Part shown: piece after piece, positions 20,989 through 31,463 of the stretch
Position numbering within the stretch: the first letter of the stretch is position 1
Layout: every line of letters starts with the position of its first letter
NCBI GenBank assembly: GCA_965223265.1
Contig: OZ244999.1
Coordinates: 8,864,001 to 8,928,000 of the forward strand
Reading direction: 5' to 3'
DNA: 64,000 nt
DNA from: Planctomycetota bacterium
GTDB taxonomy: Bacteria; Planctomycetota; UBA8108; SXIK01
Position numbers and translations under genes: made by a program
Notes under the pieces: generated by a model
Seen by the model: only the letters and a program-made list of their open reading frames with translations
Databases searched by the model: none
What the model was told of the DNA's origin: nothing

Positions 20989-21863
20989 AGTGGAAGATTT
21001 CTCATGTAACGAAGTATGAATACGCCGAACTGGTGCCGTTCTGTCAAAACATCGTCTATCTGACGCCTCGCAAGACGGCGCATCAGCGCTGTTTCCGCCA
21101 CCGCTTGAGCGTCCGGCCGCATCCATCGACGTACCACCGTCGCACGGACTACTTCGGCAACACCGCGGCGATTCTCTCGATCGACCGACAGCACCGCCTT
21201 CTTAAGATCAATGCGACGAGCACCGTCGAGGTTGTGCCCAACGACCTACCTGAGCAGGCTAAGAGTGTCACTTGGGAGTCTGTTCGCGATGGCCTCCCGC
21301 TCGATCGGACTGCCACCGGGCTGAACAACTACCAGTTTGCCTTTCGCTCGCCGCACGTCCCTCTTGACGAACCGATCGCCGACTACACCCGAACCAGCTT
21401 TGCATCCGGTCGCCCGCTGATCGAAGCACTGGCTGACCTCAACAATAGGATCCACACCGATTTCAAATATGATCCGAAGGCGACGAGCGTCAGCACGCCG
21501 ATTTCGGCAGTTTTTGAGATGCGCCGTGGAGTCTGTCAGGACCTGGCCCATCTGCTGCTGAGCGGTCTGCGCTCGCTCGGCCTCGCGGCGCGTTACGTTA
21601 GCGGCTACCTTCGTACGCGGGCGGCCGAGGGTCAAGAGCGGCTTGTCGGTGCCGATGCCTCGCACGCCTGGGTGTCGGTCTACTGCGGCGAGCACGGCTG
21701 GGTCGACATCGACCCCACCAACAATGTATTTGCGTCAACCGATCACATCACGGTTGCATGGGGCCGCGACTACAGCGACGTGTGCCCGGTGGCAGGTATG
21801 TACATCGGCGGCGGTGCACACGCCCTCAATGTGGCCGTGGATGTGTCACCCGCAGAACGCTAA
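20985..21863 (+). CDS. Transglutaminase-like protein
   Basis: GVCQD, ARYVSGY, SHAW, DPTN and WGRDYSDV motifs. Confidence 0.93.
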   Translation: MKWKISHVTKYEYAELVPFCQNIVYLTPRKTAHQRCFRHRLSVRPHPSTYHRRTDYFGNTAAILSIDRQHRLLKINATSTVEVVPNDLPEQAKSVTWESVRDGLPLDRTATGLNNYQFAFRSPHVPLDEPIADYTRTSFASGRPLIEALADLNNRIHTDFKYDPKATSVSTPISAVFEMRRGVCQDLAHLLLSGLRSLGLAARYVSGYLRTRAAEGQERLVGADASHAWVSVYCGEHGWVDIDPTNNVFASTDHITVAWGRDYSDVCPVAGMYIGGGAHALNVAVDVSPAER

Positions 21864-22130
21864 GGTAATTGTTCGACTCAGACCGACGAAGAGAACGCCG
21901 GAGCCATGTTTGAGATGCGTCGACAGCGCCTGTCTGCGTTGAAATGCGGCGGAGCCGTCGCGTCTCGAAATGCCGCTACGGATGCACTTTTTGCCGTCCT
22001 TGTCGGCTACTTTTGCCGGTGTCGGGTAATTCAAGTGCGAAGGCAAGCACCGATCGTGTTCGTGTACGTCAAGACATGACCCACTTGGGCCGAGGTAATA
22101 GTTGGGGCTCATAGTGGCCTGGCAACGATC

Positions 22131-23663
22131 ATGGACAGACACATGGCGCAGAACCAGTCTCAGTCGAGCATTTCCTCAAAGAACCTAAACTTTTGCGACT
22201 ATGACACCGCCGGCTTTTACGACGAGTTGATCGACGGAGGCGGCAAGCCACGTCCGGGCGCGGAGCGGCTCGTGAAGCGAATCGAGGAGCTTCCGGACGG
22301 CGAGCTCCTGGAACGCCAAAAGATGGCCGAAAGGTCGCTTTTGCGCATGGGCATCACATTCAACGTGTACGGCGACGATCAAGGCGTCGAGAAAATCTTC
22401 CCGTTCGACCTTGTGCCGAGAATCGTCGCCGCCGCTGAATGGGAGCAACTCGAGCGTGGGTTGACGCAGCGCATCCATGCGCTGAATCTGTTCATCGACG
22501 ACTGCTACCACGATCAAAAGATCGTCAAAGACAAAGTAATCCCCGAGGCGATCTTGAAGGGCGCCGCGAGCTTTCGACGTCAGTGCGTTGGAATCAATCC
22601 CCCGCGGAAAATCTGGTGCCACATCACCGGTACTGATCTTGTCCGTGACAAGAGCGGTACCGTTCACGTACTCGAAGACAATCTCCGCTGTCCGTCCGGG
22701 GTGTCCTACGTGCTCCAGAATCGCTACGTGATGAAGCGTAGCTTTCCGCGGCTTTTCGACGCTTCCCAAGTGCGTCCTGTGGTCGATTATCCCAGCCGTC
22801 TGTTCAGCGTTCTCGAGCACCTAGCGCCCGACGGCGTCCACTCCCCGACGATCGCGGTATTGACGCCCGGTGTGTTTAACTCGGCCTACTACGAGCACTC
22901 CTTCCTGGCCCAGCAGATGGGCGTCGAGCTGGTCGAGGGGAGAGACTTGATCGTTCGCGATGGCTTTCTCCACATGCGAACCACGAAAGGATTTCAGCGT
23001 GTTGACGTCCTCTATCGCCGAGTCGATGACGACTTTCTTGACCCCAAAGCATTTCGCCCGGACTCCCTTCTGGGTGTCCCCGGTTTGCTCGAGGTCTATC
23101 GCAACGGTCGGGTCGCACTGGCGAACGCACCGGGCACGGGTGTGGCCGATGACAAAGTGATTTACGCTTACGTCGAAAAGATCATCCGGTATTACTTGAA
23201 CGAAGACGCCATCATCCCCAACGTCCCGACCTATGTTTGTTACGACAAGAAAGAACGCGACTATGTTTTGGCCAATCTCGACCAGCTGGTCGTCAAGGCT
23301 GCGAACGAGTCAGGGGGATACGGGATGTTGATCGGTCCGCATGCCAGCGAAGAAGAACGTCGCAAGTTCGCCGCCTTGATCGAAGAGACTCCACGTAACT
23401 ACATCGCTCAGCCGACCCTCTCCTTGTCCCGCGTTCCGACCATCGTCGGCAACAGATTCGAAGGCCGGCACGTCGACCTGCGGCCGTACATTCTTTACGG
23501 TGAGGAAATCTTCGTGCTGCCGGGCGGATTGACGCGCGTAGCCCTGAAACAAGGCTCACTCGTAGTGAATTCTTCGCAGGGCGGTGGGAGCAAGGATACC
23601 TGGGTCATCGCGTCGAGCGATGAACAGGTCGCCCTAGATGACGGCTCCACCGAGAGCTATTAG
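22131..23663 (+). CDS. Circularly permuted type 2 ATP-grasp protein
   Basis: [56 protein letters not shown] and [14 protein letters not shown] motifs. Confidence 0.95.
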   Translation: MDRHMAQNQSQSSISSKNLNFCDYDTAGFYDELIDGGGKPRPGAERLVKRIEELPDGELLERQKMAERSLLRMGITFNVYGDDQGVEKIFPFDLVPRIVAAAEWEQLERGLTQRIHALNLFIDDCYHDQKIVKDKVIPEAILKGAASFRRQCVGINPPRKIWCHITGTDLVRDKSGTVHVLEDNLRCPSGVSYVLQNRYVMKRSFPRLFDASQVRPVVDYPSRLFSVLEHLAPDGVHSPTIAVLTPGVFNSAYYEHSFLAQQMGVELVEGRDLIVRDGFLHMRTTKGFQRVDVLYRRVDDDFLDPKAFRPDSLLGVPGLLEVYRNGRVALANAPGTGVADDKVIYAYVEKIIRYYLNEDAIIPNVPTYVCYDKKERDYVLANLDQLVVKAANESGGYGMLIGPHASEEERRKFAALIEETPRNYIAQPTLSLSRVPTIVGNRFEGRHVDLRPYILYGEEIFVLPGGLTRVALKQGSLVVNSSQGGGSKDTWVIASSDEQVALDDGSTESY

Positions 23664-23716
23664 CTGATGTTTGTCCGGAATATTCGAGTTCGCGAGATTG
23701 TTTGTAGTGAGATGAA

Positions 23717-24688
23717 ATGCTGAGTCGTGTTGCCGATTCGATCTACTGGATGAGCCGTTATATCGAGCGAGCCGAGAACGTTGCACGTTTCGTCGACGTC
23801 ACTCACAACGTAACGCTTGACATGCCACCCGGGTCTTCCCAGCAGTGGGGGGCGCTCGTCGACGCGTCTGGTGATCGTGAGCTCTTCGCCAAGAAATACG
23901 GCGAAGCCACGAGAGAAAACGTCATTCAATTCTTGACGTTCGATCGAGAGTATCCCAACTCGATCTCTTCGTGCGTCGCCACGGCGCGGGATAACGCTAG
24001 TGGAATTCGCGACGTGATCAGCTCTGAGATGTGGGAACACATCAATCAGTTCTACATCGCCATCGAGGAAGCAGCTCAGGCCCCGCCAAAGTCATTGGAC
24101 CAGTTCTTTCAGTTCGTCAAGCAGTCGAGCCATCTTTTCTTTGGCATCATGATCGCGACGTTCTCTCAAGGCGAAGCTTGGCATTTCGCGCGGCTGGGGA
24201 GCGGCCTCGAGCGCGCCGATATGACATCGCGTCTTCTCGACGTGAAGTACTTCATCTTGCTGCCGAGCCTGAGAGCAGTGGGAACCCCGATGGACGACCT
24301 CCAATGGTCAGCTGTCTTGCACAGCGTCAGCGGCTTTGAGATGTTCCGCAAGCGCCACCACCGAATCACGCCTGAACGTGTCGTCGGTTTTCTCGTGCTT
24401 GACCGACTCTTTCCGCGCTCGATCATGCACTGCCTCGAGCTCGCCAATCGGTCGCTCCACGCGATCTCTGGTTCGCCTGAAAGTACGTTTTGGAACGTTG
24501 CCGAAAAGCGTTTGGGACAGCTCCGCGGCGAGTTGGCCTACCTGACGGTCGACGAGATCATCGGCGCGGGGTTGCACGAGTTCCTCGATGGCCTGCAGAC
24601 AAAGCTGAACGACGTCGGCGCGGGAATCTACCAGACATTCATCGCACTTCGGCCTGAGGACGTTTCTCGCGACAAGGCTCGGGCGTAA
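23717..24688 (+). CDS. Alpha-E domain protein (DUF403)
   Basis: MLSRVADSIYWMSRYIERAEN, ARDNA, LERADMTSR and FPRS motifs. Confidence 0.95.
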   Translation: MLSRVADSIYWMSRYIERAENVARFVDVTHNVTLDMPPGSSQQWGALVDASGDRELFAKKYGEATRENVIQFLTFDREYPNSISSCVATARDNASGIRDVISSEMWEHINQFYIAIEEAAQAPPKSLDQFFQFVKQSSHLFFGIMIATFSQGEAWHFARLGSGLERADMTSRLLDVKYFILLPSLRAVGTPMDDLQWSAVLHSVSGFEMFRKRHHRITPERVVGFLVLDRLFPRSIMHCLELANRSLHAISGSPESTFWNVAEKRLGQLRGELAYLTVDEIIGAGLHEFLDGLQTKLNDVGAGIYQTFIALRPEDVSRDKARA

Positions 24689-24812
24689 CGGCGCTGGGGG
24701 GCGGGCCCGACTTCGTGCGATCGAGCCACGTTTCGTCGACGGGATCGTGCCTGCGGCGTCGAAAGGCGTGCCGACGTGGGTCTTCTCGCGGCGCAGAATC
24801 TCGCCAGCGGTG

Positions 24813-24821
24813 TGCTACAAT
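24813..24821 (+). promoter_or_regulatory. Possible extended -10 element upstream of the sulfatase
   Basis: TGCTACAAT (TGn-TACAAT) in an otherwise GC-rich intergenic region. Confidence 0.35.
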
Positions 24822-25041
24822 CTGTGAAGACTTACGTGCGAACTCACCATAAGCCTGACCACGTCTGACGGCCGTTCAGACGATCAAGCGAATCACGTCA
24901 CGTATGGCTTCGATACCGTCTGAGCGCCGATAGCGGAGTGATGGCAACGCGCACCGAGCTCGCCTACCGCTGCGAGAAGGATGACGAAGACGCGTTCGGA
25001 TCGGCGATAGCACGCCCCCGCAGGAAGGAAGGAAGGAAGCG

Positions 25042-26541
25042 ATGAACAGAGTTGTTTTCTGGTCGGTCTTTTCGATTCTGACGCTCGGCCTCGTGGGAGA
25101 GATCCGAGCCGGCAATCCGGCGAGCAAGTCCTCGAAACTCCACGTCCTCTTCATCGCGGTCGACGATCTCGGCAGCTGGGCGAGCTGTCTGGGCGGCCAC
25201 CCTCAGGCGCGCACGCCGAACATCGATCGTCTGGCTGGGCGCGGCGTCCTCTTCACCCGTGCTTACTGCGCGGCACCGGCGTGCAACCCTTCCCGCGTCA
25301 GCCTGCTGACGGGGCGGCGGCCGTCCACGACGGGCGTGTATCACAACAGCCAACCGTTCAGAGCCGCCACGCCGCTCGCAGTGACGTTGCCGGAGTGCTT
25401 CCGGGCGAACGGGTACCGCGCCGTCGGCATGGGGAAGATCTACCACGGCAGGTTTCCCGATCCACAATCGTGGGACGAGTACACGAAGCGCCCCGCGGAT
25501 CCCGTGCCCCCCGATCGACCCGTCAACGGCATTGAGGATGCGCGGCATTTCGATTGGGGACCGCTGGATGTTGACGACGCCGCGATGAGCGACGCACGCA
25601 TCGTCGACGGTGCCATCCGTTTCCTCGAGGCGGAGCATGAGCAGCCGTTCTTTTTAGCCGTCGGGCTTTACCGACCGCACTTGCCGTGGTACGTGCCGCG
25701 GCACTACTTCGATGCGCACCCCGTCGACTCGGTCGCCTTACCTGCCACCAAAGCGGACGATCTCGAAGACGTTCCCGGCGCCGGACAACTCCTCGCGCGT
25801 CGTCGTGATCACATCCGAGTAACGAGCACCAAGAACTGGGAGAAGGCCGTCGCCGGTTATCTAGCGAGCATCGCTTTCGCCGACGCGCAAGTCGGACGAC
25901 TTCTCGACGCCCTGCAAGCCTCGGCGTTTGCCGACAACACAATCGTCGTCTTGTGGGGCGATCACGGCTGGCACCTCGGACAAAAGGAGCACTGGCGGAA
26001 GTTCGCGCTTTGGGAGGAAGCGACGCGTGTGCCGCTGATCGTTCTCGCGCCGGGCGTGACGGAACCCGAGGGTCGCTGCAAGCGTACGGTCAGTCTTCTC
26101 GATCTCTATCCGACGCTGGCGGAGCTTTGCGGTTTAGAGGTCAACGAGCACCTCGAGGGACGGAGCCTCGTGCCGCTTCTGCGCGATCCCTCCGCGGAAT
26201 GGAACCGGCCGGTGTTGACGACGCATGGCCGCGGTCATCACGCCGTGCGAAGTGAGCGCTGGCGTTACATCCGTTACGCGGATCTGTCCGAAGAGCTCTA
26301 CGACCACGAGAGCGACCCACACGAGTGGCACAATGTAGCAGGCGACGCACGCTACGTCGATGTGAAGACGGCGCTGCGCGCCTATCTGCCGAAACGCGAC
26401 GCGGTCGACGTCCCGGTGGTGAACAGGGAGCAACTCCGTCGCGCCCGGCTCACCAAGGAGGAGCTTCGCCAGGAACGGCTCGAGCGGGAGCGGGAGCAAG
26501 AGCGCCGGCTCCGCGAGCGGAAAAAGAAATCGTCCAAGTGA
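25042..26541 (+). CDS. Formylglycine-dependent sulfatase (S1; iduronate/choline-sulfatase-like)
   Basis: FIAVDDL, CNPSR (CxPxR), GKIYH, RPHLP and GDHGWHLGQK motifs; signal peptide. Confidence 0.94.
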   Translation: MNRVVFWSVFSILTLGLVGEIRAGNPASKSSKLHVLFIAVDDLGSWASCLGGHPQARTPNIDRLAGRGVLFTRAYCAAPACNPSRVSLLTGRRPSTTGVYHNSQPFRAATPLAVTLPECFRANGYRAVGMGKIYHGRFPDPQSWDEYTKRPADPVPPDRPVNGIEDARHFDWGPLDVDDAAMSDARIVDGAIRFLEAEHEQPFFLAVGLYRPHLPWYVPRHYFDAHPVDSVALPATKADDLEDVPGAGQLLARRRDHIRVTSTKNWEKAVAGYLASIAFADAQVGRLLDALQASAFADNTIVVLWGDHGWHLGQKEHWRKFALWEEATRVPLIVLAPGVTEPEGRCKRTVSLLDLYPTLAELCGLEVNEHLEGRSLVPLLRDPSAEWNRPVLTTHGRGHHAVRSERWRYIRYADLSEELYDHESDPHEWHNVAGDARYVDVKTALRAYLPKRDAVDVPVVNREQLRRARLTKEELRQERLEREREQERRLRERKKKSSK

Positions 26542-26634
26542 CGGCGGAGGTGGTAGGCACACTCTGAGCCTTGCTGTGTGCCCTGCGCTCTTCTCTCGGC
26601 TACCGCACGCAGCGCTTGCCCGCTACCTGATCGC

Positions 26635-28635
26635 TCAGTCGTTCGGGTTGGCGAGAAAGTAGAGAAAGCCATCCTCAGCGCCGACCAGGAGGTCGCGCGT
26701 GCCGTCGCCGTCCCAGTCGACGGTTGTCGGGCAGGTGGTGTGACCGGCAAGAATCTGCGCGTCCACCGCACCTTCGGGACGGAAGATGAATTGACCCGGC
26801 TCGGTGGCGACGTTGCGGTAGAAGTCCACGCTCTTGGAGTTGACCAGGAGATCGAGCTTGCCGTCGCGGTTCCAATCGACAAGCGTCAACTTGCGCCGAC
26901 CGCTCTTCCCCGCCGCTCGCGCGTTCAAGCGCAGCGGCTCGCGCTTCTCGGTCAGAAAGATGCGCGCCCCCGGGAGCAACTCGAGACCGGACGCGACGCG
27001 GCGACGCTTGAAGAATGCCAGGTACCCTTCGTGGTCGAGTACGACGAGGTCGTTCAGTCCGTCCGCATCGAGATCGATGATGATCGGGCTCGTGCGCCAT
27101 TGGGTCACCAGCTGTTCACCGCGGGGTGTCCACCAGTTCCACGCTGGCTTGGGTGGAGCTCCATTCCACTCGACTTCGACGGAGCGTGCCGCCTCGAGTG
27201 TTGGCCCTCCCGAGCCTTCTCGGCCGCGGAACCATAGGATTTCGCCCCAGATCGAGTTGATCATGAGGTCGAGGACGCCATCGTGGTCCCAGTCGCCCAC
27301 GGTTGGCACGGTGTACCCCCACTTGGCTTCCGCCGGACCTTGAATCGATCCGTTGGGTCCCGCTTGAATGCGGATTACTTCGCCGCTAGCCAGTAGCTTT
27401 TGCGGCGGCTGCCATCGCGGCGGGTTGCCTCCTAGGTTTTCGACGAAATGAACGTAACCGGCCGTGTCGCCGCAGATGAGGTCTTCATCGCCGTCGCCGT
27501 CCCAGTCGCAACTCCACGGCGTCACGAGCGCACCGACCTTCAAGTCTTTGGCCTGTTGCTTGAAGAAGCGTGGTGGCAAGAAATCAGGACGAGAGTCGAC
27601 GACCTTTCCTGTGCACTCGACGAGCGCAACACGTCCGTCCTCCTGTCCAACGATCAGATCGTCGTCGCCGTCGCGGTCCCAATCGACTGCCGTCACCTGC
27701 AGCATTTGCAAATCCATGCGCAGCGGTTTGCCGTCATGCTCGAGACGGACGCCACCACGATAGGCTGGCTGGCGTCGGCTGCCGACGTTCTGAAAGAAAG
27801 TGAACTGGTCGAGAAACTCGCCGCAGATCAAATCGAGGTCGCCGTCACCATCCCAGTCGCTGAAGTTCGCCGACGGGCATCCGAAGACGTCGAGGGGCGC
27901 TCCGCCGGCTTGGATTTGACGAGCGTTTTCGTAGCGAGGATCAGCGTCGGTCTGCGTGTTCCGCATCCAGTACACGTGGCCGTGAAGAGGACCTCGCGTC
28001 CATTGGCCGTCACTGTTGAACGCGTTGTCCCAGCCATATTCACGCCAATCGCTCGTACTGACGATGAGATCTTGCACGCCGTCGCCGTCGTAGTCGACGA
28101 ATTGCCATTGGTTCGCGCGGCCGCGATGAAACGAGGGTTCAAATGGCAGGCGCGTGGCGCGCGTGTCATCAAGTCCGTGGCGAAGAAAGTCACGGTGCCA
28201 CTTACCTGGCGTGAGCACGTGAGGAGTGTCGCCAACCTGGCTGACGACAGCGTTGTGCCTGGCGTCCCCGACGCGCACGCCGCTGCGGAAGACGACACTC
28301 TTCGGATCGCCGCCGGGGTTTTCGAAGAAGTAGATCCCGTTTGAGGTCTTGTTGGCGGTCGACACCAAAAGATCGAGGTCGCCGTCACCGTCATAGTCCA
28401 TGACGAGAGGCACGGCCCAGAGACCGACCTCCAGATCGACGACTAGATCCGTGCGTTCATAGGCAATCCGAGTGAAATCGGCTCGGGCCGGATGCCATGA
28501 CAGAAGCGTCAGCGCAATTGGTAGGCAGCTCTTCACGTGGCGATAACGTCGGTGGTCTTGCATAGGTAGATTCATGAGAAAGGTTCGTTTTTTGGCCGTG
28601 GCTTCGCCGGGCATTGTAACACGACGACCGGTCAT
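26635..28635 (-). CDS. FG-GAP/VCBS repeat protein, exported
   Basis: Many D(W/Y)DGDGDxDL repeats; signal peptide ...ARA. Confidence 0.88.
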   Translation of the reverse strand: MTGRRVTMPGEATAKKRTFLMNLPMQDHRRYRHVKSCLPIALTLLSWHPARADFTRIAYERTDLVVDLEVGLWAVPLVMDYDGDGDLDLLVSTANKTSNGIYFFENPGGDPKSVVFRSGVRVGDARHNAVVSQVGDTPHVLTPGKWHRDFLRHGLDDTRATRLPFEPSFHRGRANQWQFVDYDGDGVQDLIVSTSDWREYGWDNAFNSDGQWTRGPLHGHVYWMRNTQTDADPRYENARQIQAGGAPLDVFGCPSANFSDWDGDGDLDLICGEFLDQFTFFQNVGSRRQPAYRGGVRLEHDGKPLRMDLQMLQVTAVDWDRDGDDDLIVGQEDGRVALVECTGKVVDSRPDFLPPRFFKQQAKDLKVGALVTPWSCDWDGDGDEDLICGDTAGYVHFVENLGGNPPRWQPPQKLLASGEVIRIQAGPNGSIQGPAEAKWGYTVPTVGDWDHDGVLDLMINSIWGEILWFRGREGSGGPTLEAARSVEVEWNGAPPKPAWNWWTPRGEQLVTQWRTSPIIIDLDADGLNDLVVLDHEGYLAFFKRRRVASGLELLPGARIFLTEKREPLRLNARAAGKSGRRKLTLVDWNRDGKLDLLVNSKSVDFYRNVATEPGQFIFRPEGAVDAQILAGHTTCPTTVDWDGDGTRDLLVGAEDGFLYFLANPND

Positions 28636-28907
28636 GTCATGACGACGAGGCCTCGCCGCTGGTATCGTGCGCCCGCGCGATCGATCCCCGCGGCGCCGAA
28701 TCCCCCTCGTGGCTCACAACCTTTTTTGATACGCTGTACTGAGTGGCGCCCTCAGAAGAGGGGGACACAGCTGACGATCGTTTCGCTCACGTCCGGCGGA
28801 GAGGACTTCGCGGATCGATCAGACGTCGAGACGCACTCCGTCGTTCGTTCATCGAAGCGGTTGGGGATCGATCAGGAGTCGGCTGGCGAGGGGAAGAGGA
28901 GGTGTCT

Positions 28908-29327
28908 ATGATTCAGTACCCTTTGGTTCGGGAGTTCATGGATCGTCGCTTCGTCACGTTACGGGCGGAGATGCCGGTTTACCAGGCGATCCATATCTTT
29001 CTCGAAAACCGCGTCACGGGAGCGGTCGTCGTGGGCTCGCGAGAGGATGAGCTGGTCGGAGTCCTTTCTGAAAAGGACTGTCTGCAGGGATTTGTGCAGG
29101 GGGCGTATAACAACGAACCCGTCGGCACGGTCGCCGACTTCATGTCGAGCAAGATCACCTCGATCGACCCGAACTTGGACGTCATGGCGGTCGCAGGACT
29201 CTTCATGAAGCACGTCTACCGCCGCTTTCCGGTCGTCGAGGACGGCAGACTCATTGGACAGATCACGCGCCGAGATCTCCTGCGCGCCGTGCATCAGATC
29301 TTGCGTGACGATTGGAGCATTTCGTAG
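28908..29327 (+). CDS. CBS-pair domain protein
   Basis: GAGGAGG SD then ATG 28908; VREFM, LVGVLSEKD, VADFMS and RRFPVVEDGRLIGQITRRD motifs. Confidence 0.9.
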   Translation: MIQYPLVREFMDRRFVTLRAEMPVYQAIHIFLENRVTGAVVVGSREDELVGVLSEKDCLQGFVQGAYNNEPVGTVADFMSSKITSIDPNLDVMAVAGLFMKHVYRRFPVVEDGRLIGQITRRDLLRAVHQILRDDWSIS

Positions 29328-29330
29328 GAG

Positions 29331-31463
29331 ATGCCGAAGGATCTCGACGCTTACAGAGCGAAGCGCGATTTCCGCAAGACATCGGAGCCGGCACCGAAGA
29401 CGCGGTCCTCACAGGCTCGATCCGTCGATCGAGCATCGTCAGCGGCATTCGTCGTCCATCGGCACGAAGCAAGGCGGCTTCACTACGATCTCCGGCTCGA
29501 AGCCAATGGCGTGCTTGCCTCATGGGCAGTTCCTCGGGGTTTCACTTACGTTCCGCAAGAGAAACGTCTCGCGGTCCGCACGGAGGACCATCCGCTCGAG
29601 TATCTCGAGTTCTCCGGAGTCATCCCCGAAGGCGAGTATGGCGCCGGCACCATGACGATCTGGGACCAGGGTACGTACGAGTTGATCGGTGACGCACATT
29701 CTGCGGGACAGCTCGCAGCTGCCCTCGAGCGCGGCAAGATCGAGCTTCGCTTCGACGGCGTGCGTCTGCGCGGCGAATGGCATATGGTGCAGACTCGAGA
29801 CGGCTGGTTGCTCTTCAAAGCGAGCGACCGCTACTCCCGCACTGTGGACGATGTAGCCTATCCCTTTCATCTGCGGTGGGACCTTGCCGCGCGCGCTGAT
29901 TTTCCCCGCTCGGTGCAGATCGCGCGTATCGACCCGGACGCTCACAACGAAGAGGCGTTCTCTGACCCGGCGTGGCTCTTCGAGCCTGAGTTCGACGGCA
30001 AGCGAGCCCTCGCCTTCAAGCGCGGCGACGAGATCTGCGTGCGCTCGTGCGGTTCACGGCCGTATTCACTCGAGCGGATCGTGGGGGTCCGTGACGCCGT
30101 AAGGCGCTTGCGTGCGACGAATGCGGTTTTGGACGGCGTGATCGTCAGTCTCGATGACAACGTCCGTCCCACGAAAGAGCGCGTCGAGTTGGGGCTACGC
30201 GGCAAACTTGATACGACGCTGACGTTCTGCGCTTTTGACCTTCTTTACTACGACGCCTGGAACGTCAGGGGCTTGTCTCTCGTCGAACGCAAGCAGCTCC
30301 TGAAGAGCTTGATCGTGAAGTCGTCCGGAATGATCCAGGTCGATCACGTTCTCGGCGAGGGGGAGAAGCTGTGCGCCGTTGCGTCGCGGGCCGGCCTTCG
30401 CGGCGTGATCGCGAAGCCGGCGTCGGGAGCCTACCGACGCGGCGCGGCGAGTGGGTGGAAGCGCATCGTTCTCTCTCCTTCGGCGACGTCGACGAAGGCG
30501 AACGCCCTCGAAACTCTCGCTTCGCTGCACGTCAGCCGAAACCGGCGGCGGCGTGTGACCTACAGCAATCTCAACAAGCTGTACTGGCCTGAGGCAGGGT
30601 ACACAAAAGGCGACATGATCGACTACTACGAAAAGGTCGCCGAGATGTTGCTGCCTTACCTTCATGACCGCCCGCTCCACATGCGGCGTTTCCCCGACGG
30701 GATCGATGGCAAATCTTTTTACCATCATGACGCGCGAGACCGCGTGCCGCCGTGGGTGAAGACCGCGCAGCTTCGCGGTGCGGACGACAAGGAGGACAAG
30801 CACTACATCATTTGTAATGACCGAGACACGCTCCTCTACGTCGCCAATCTTGGCAGTATCGATCTCCATCCATGGTTGTCGCGACTGAGTAGCCTCGACG
30901 TTCCCGACTGGTGTGTATTCGACCTCGACCCTGACGGTTCACCGTTTGCCGACGTCGTGCGTGTCGCACGCGAGACGGGAAAGATACTTCGCGGCATCGG
31001 TCTACGTCCATACCTGAAGACGTCAGGCGCCGATGGCCTGCACATCTACGTACCACTTGTGCCGCGCTACACGTATGAGCAGGTCCGCACGTTCGGTATG
31101 GGGGTCGCGCGCCATCTCGCCAATCGTTGGCCTCGGCTCTGCACGGTCGAACGCGCAGTCGCGCAGCGGCGCGGACGCGTCTACGTCGACGTTCTGCAGA
31201 ACCGCAGCGGTCAGACAGTCGTGCCGCCATACGTCTTGAGGCCTGTGCCTGCAGCGTCGGCATCGACGCCGCTCGAGTGGGACGAACTGACGACCGATTT
31301 GATGCCGCAGCGCTTCAACCTCGAATCGGTACCGCCGCGGCTGGCTCAGGTTGGTGACCTGTTTCGCGGTGCGCTTTCGGATCAGCAAGAGCTGCTGCCG
31401 GCGATCGATGCGTTTCGCGGTCTTCTGCGCGGCGATCGATCTGGGACTTCGGACGCGACTTGA
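29331..31463 (+). CDS. ligD: LigD-like protein: 3'-phosphoesterase + degenerate ligase NTase domain + PrimPol polymerase
   Basis: PE: HEARRLHYDLRLE, SWAVP, EDHP, YGAG. POL: FDLDP, KTSG..GLHIYVP, YVDVLQN. Ligase motifs are altered (EPEFDG, LDGVIV, GLRGVIAK). Confidence 0.9.
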   Translation: MPKDLDAYRAKRDFRKTSEPAPKTRSSQARSVDRASSAAFVVHRHEARRLHYDLRLEANGVLASWAVPRGFTYVPQEKRLAVRTEDHPLEYLEFSGVIPEGEYGAGTMTIWDQGTYELIGDAHSAGQLAAALERGKIELRFDGVRLRGEWHMVQTRDGWLLFKASDRYSRTVDDVAYPFHLRWDLAARADFPRSVQIARIDPDAHNEEAFSDPAWLFEPEFDGKRALAFKRGDEICVRSCGSRPYSLERIVGVRDAVRRLRATNAVLDGVIVSLDDNVRPTKERVELGLRGKLDTTLTFCAFDLLYYDAWNVRGLSLVERKQLLKSLIVKSSGMIQVDHVLGEGEKLCAVASRAGLRGVIAKPASGAYRRGAASGWKRIVLSPSATSTKANALETLASLHVSRNRRRRVTYSNLNKLYWPEAGYTKGDMIDYYEKVAEMLLPYLHDRPLHMRRFPDGIDGKSFYHHDARDRVPPWVKTAQLRGADDKEDKHYIICNDRDTLLYVANLGSIDLHPWLSRLSSLDVPDWCVFDLDPDGSPFADVVRVARETGKILRGIGLRPYLKTSGADGLHIYVPLVPRYTYEQVRTFGMGVARHLANRWPRLCTVERAVAQRRGRVYVDVLQNRSGQTVVPPYVLRPVPAASASTPLEWDELTTDLMPQRFNLESVPPRLAQVGDLFRGALSDQQELLPAIDAFRGLLRGDRSGTSDAT

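Noticed and set aside
24862-24882. Hairpin cgtctga-cggccgt-tcagacg as a terminator or sRNA
   Set aside because: Single copy, no U-tract and no other support.
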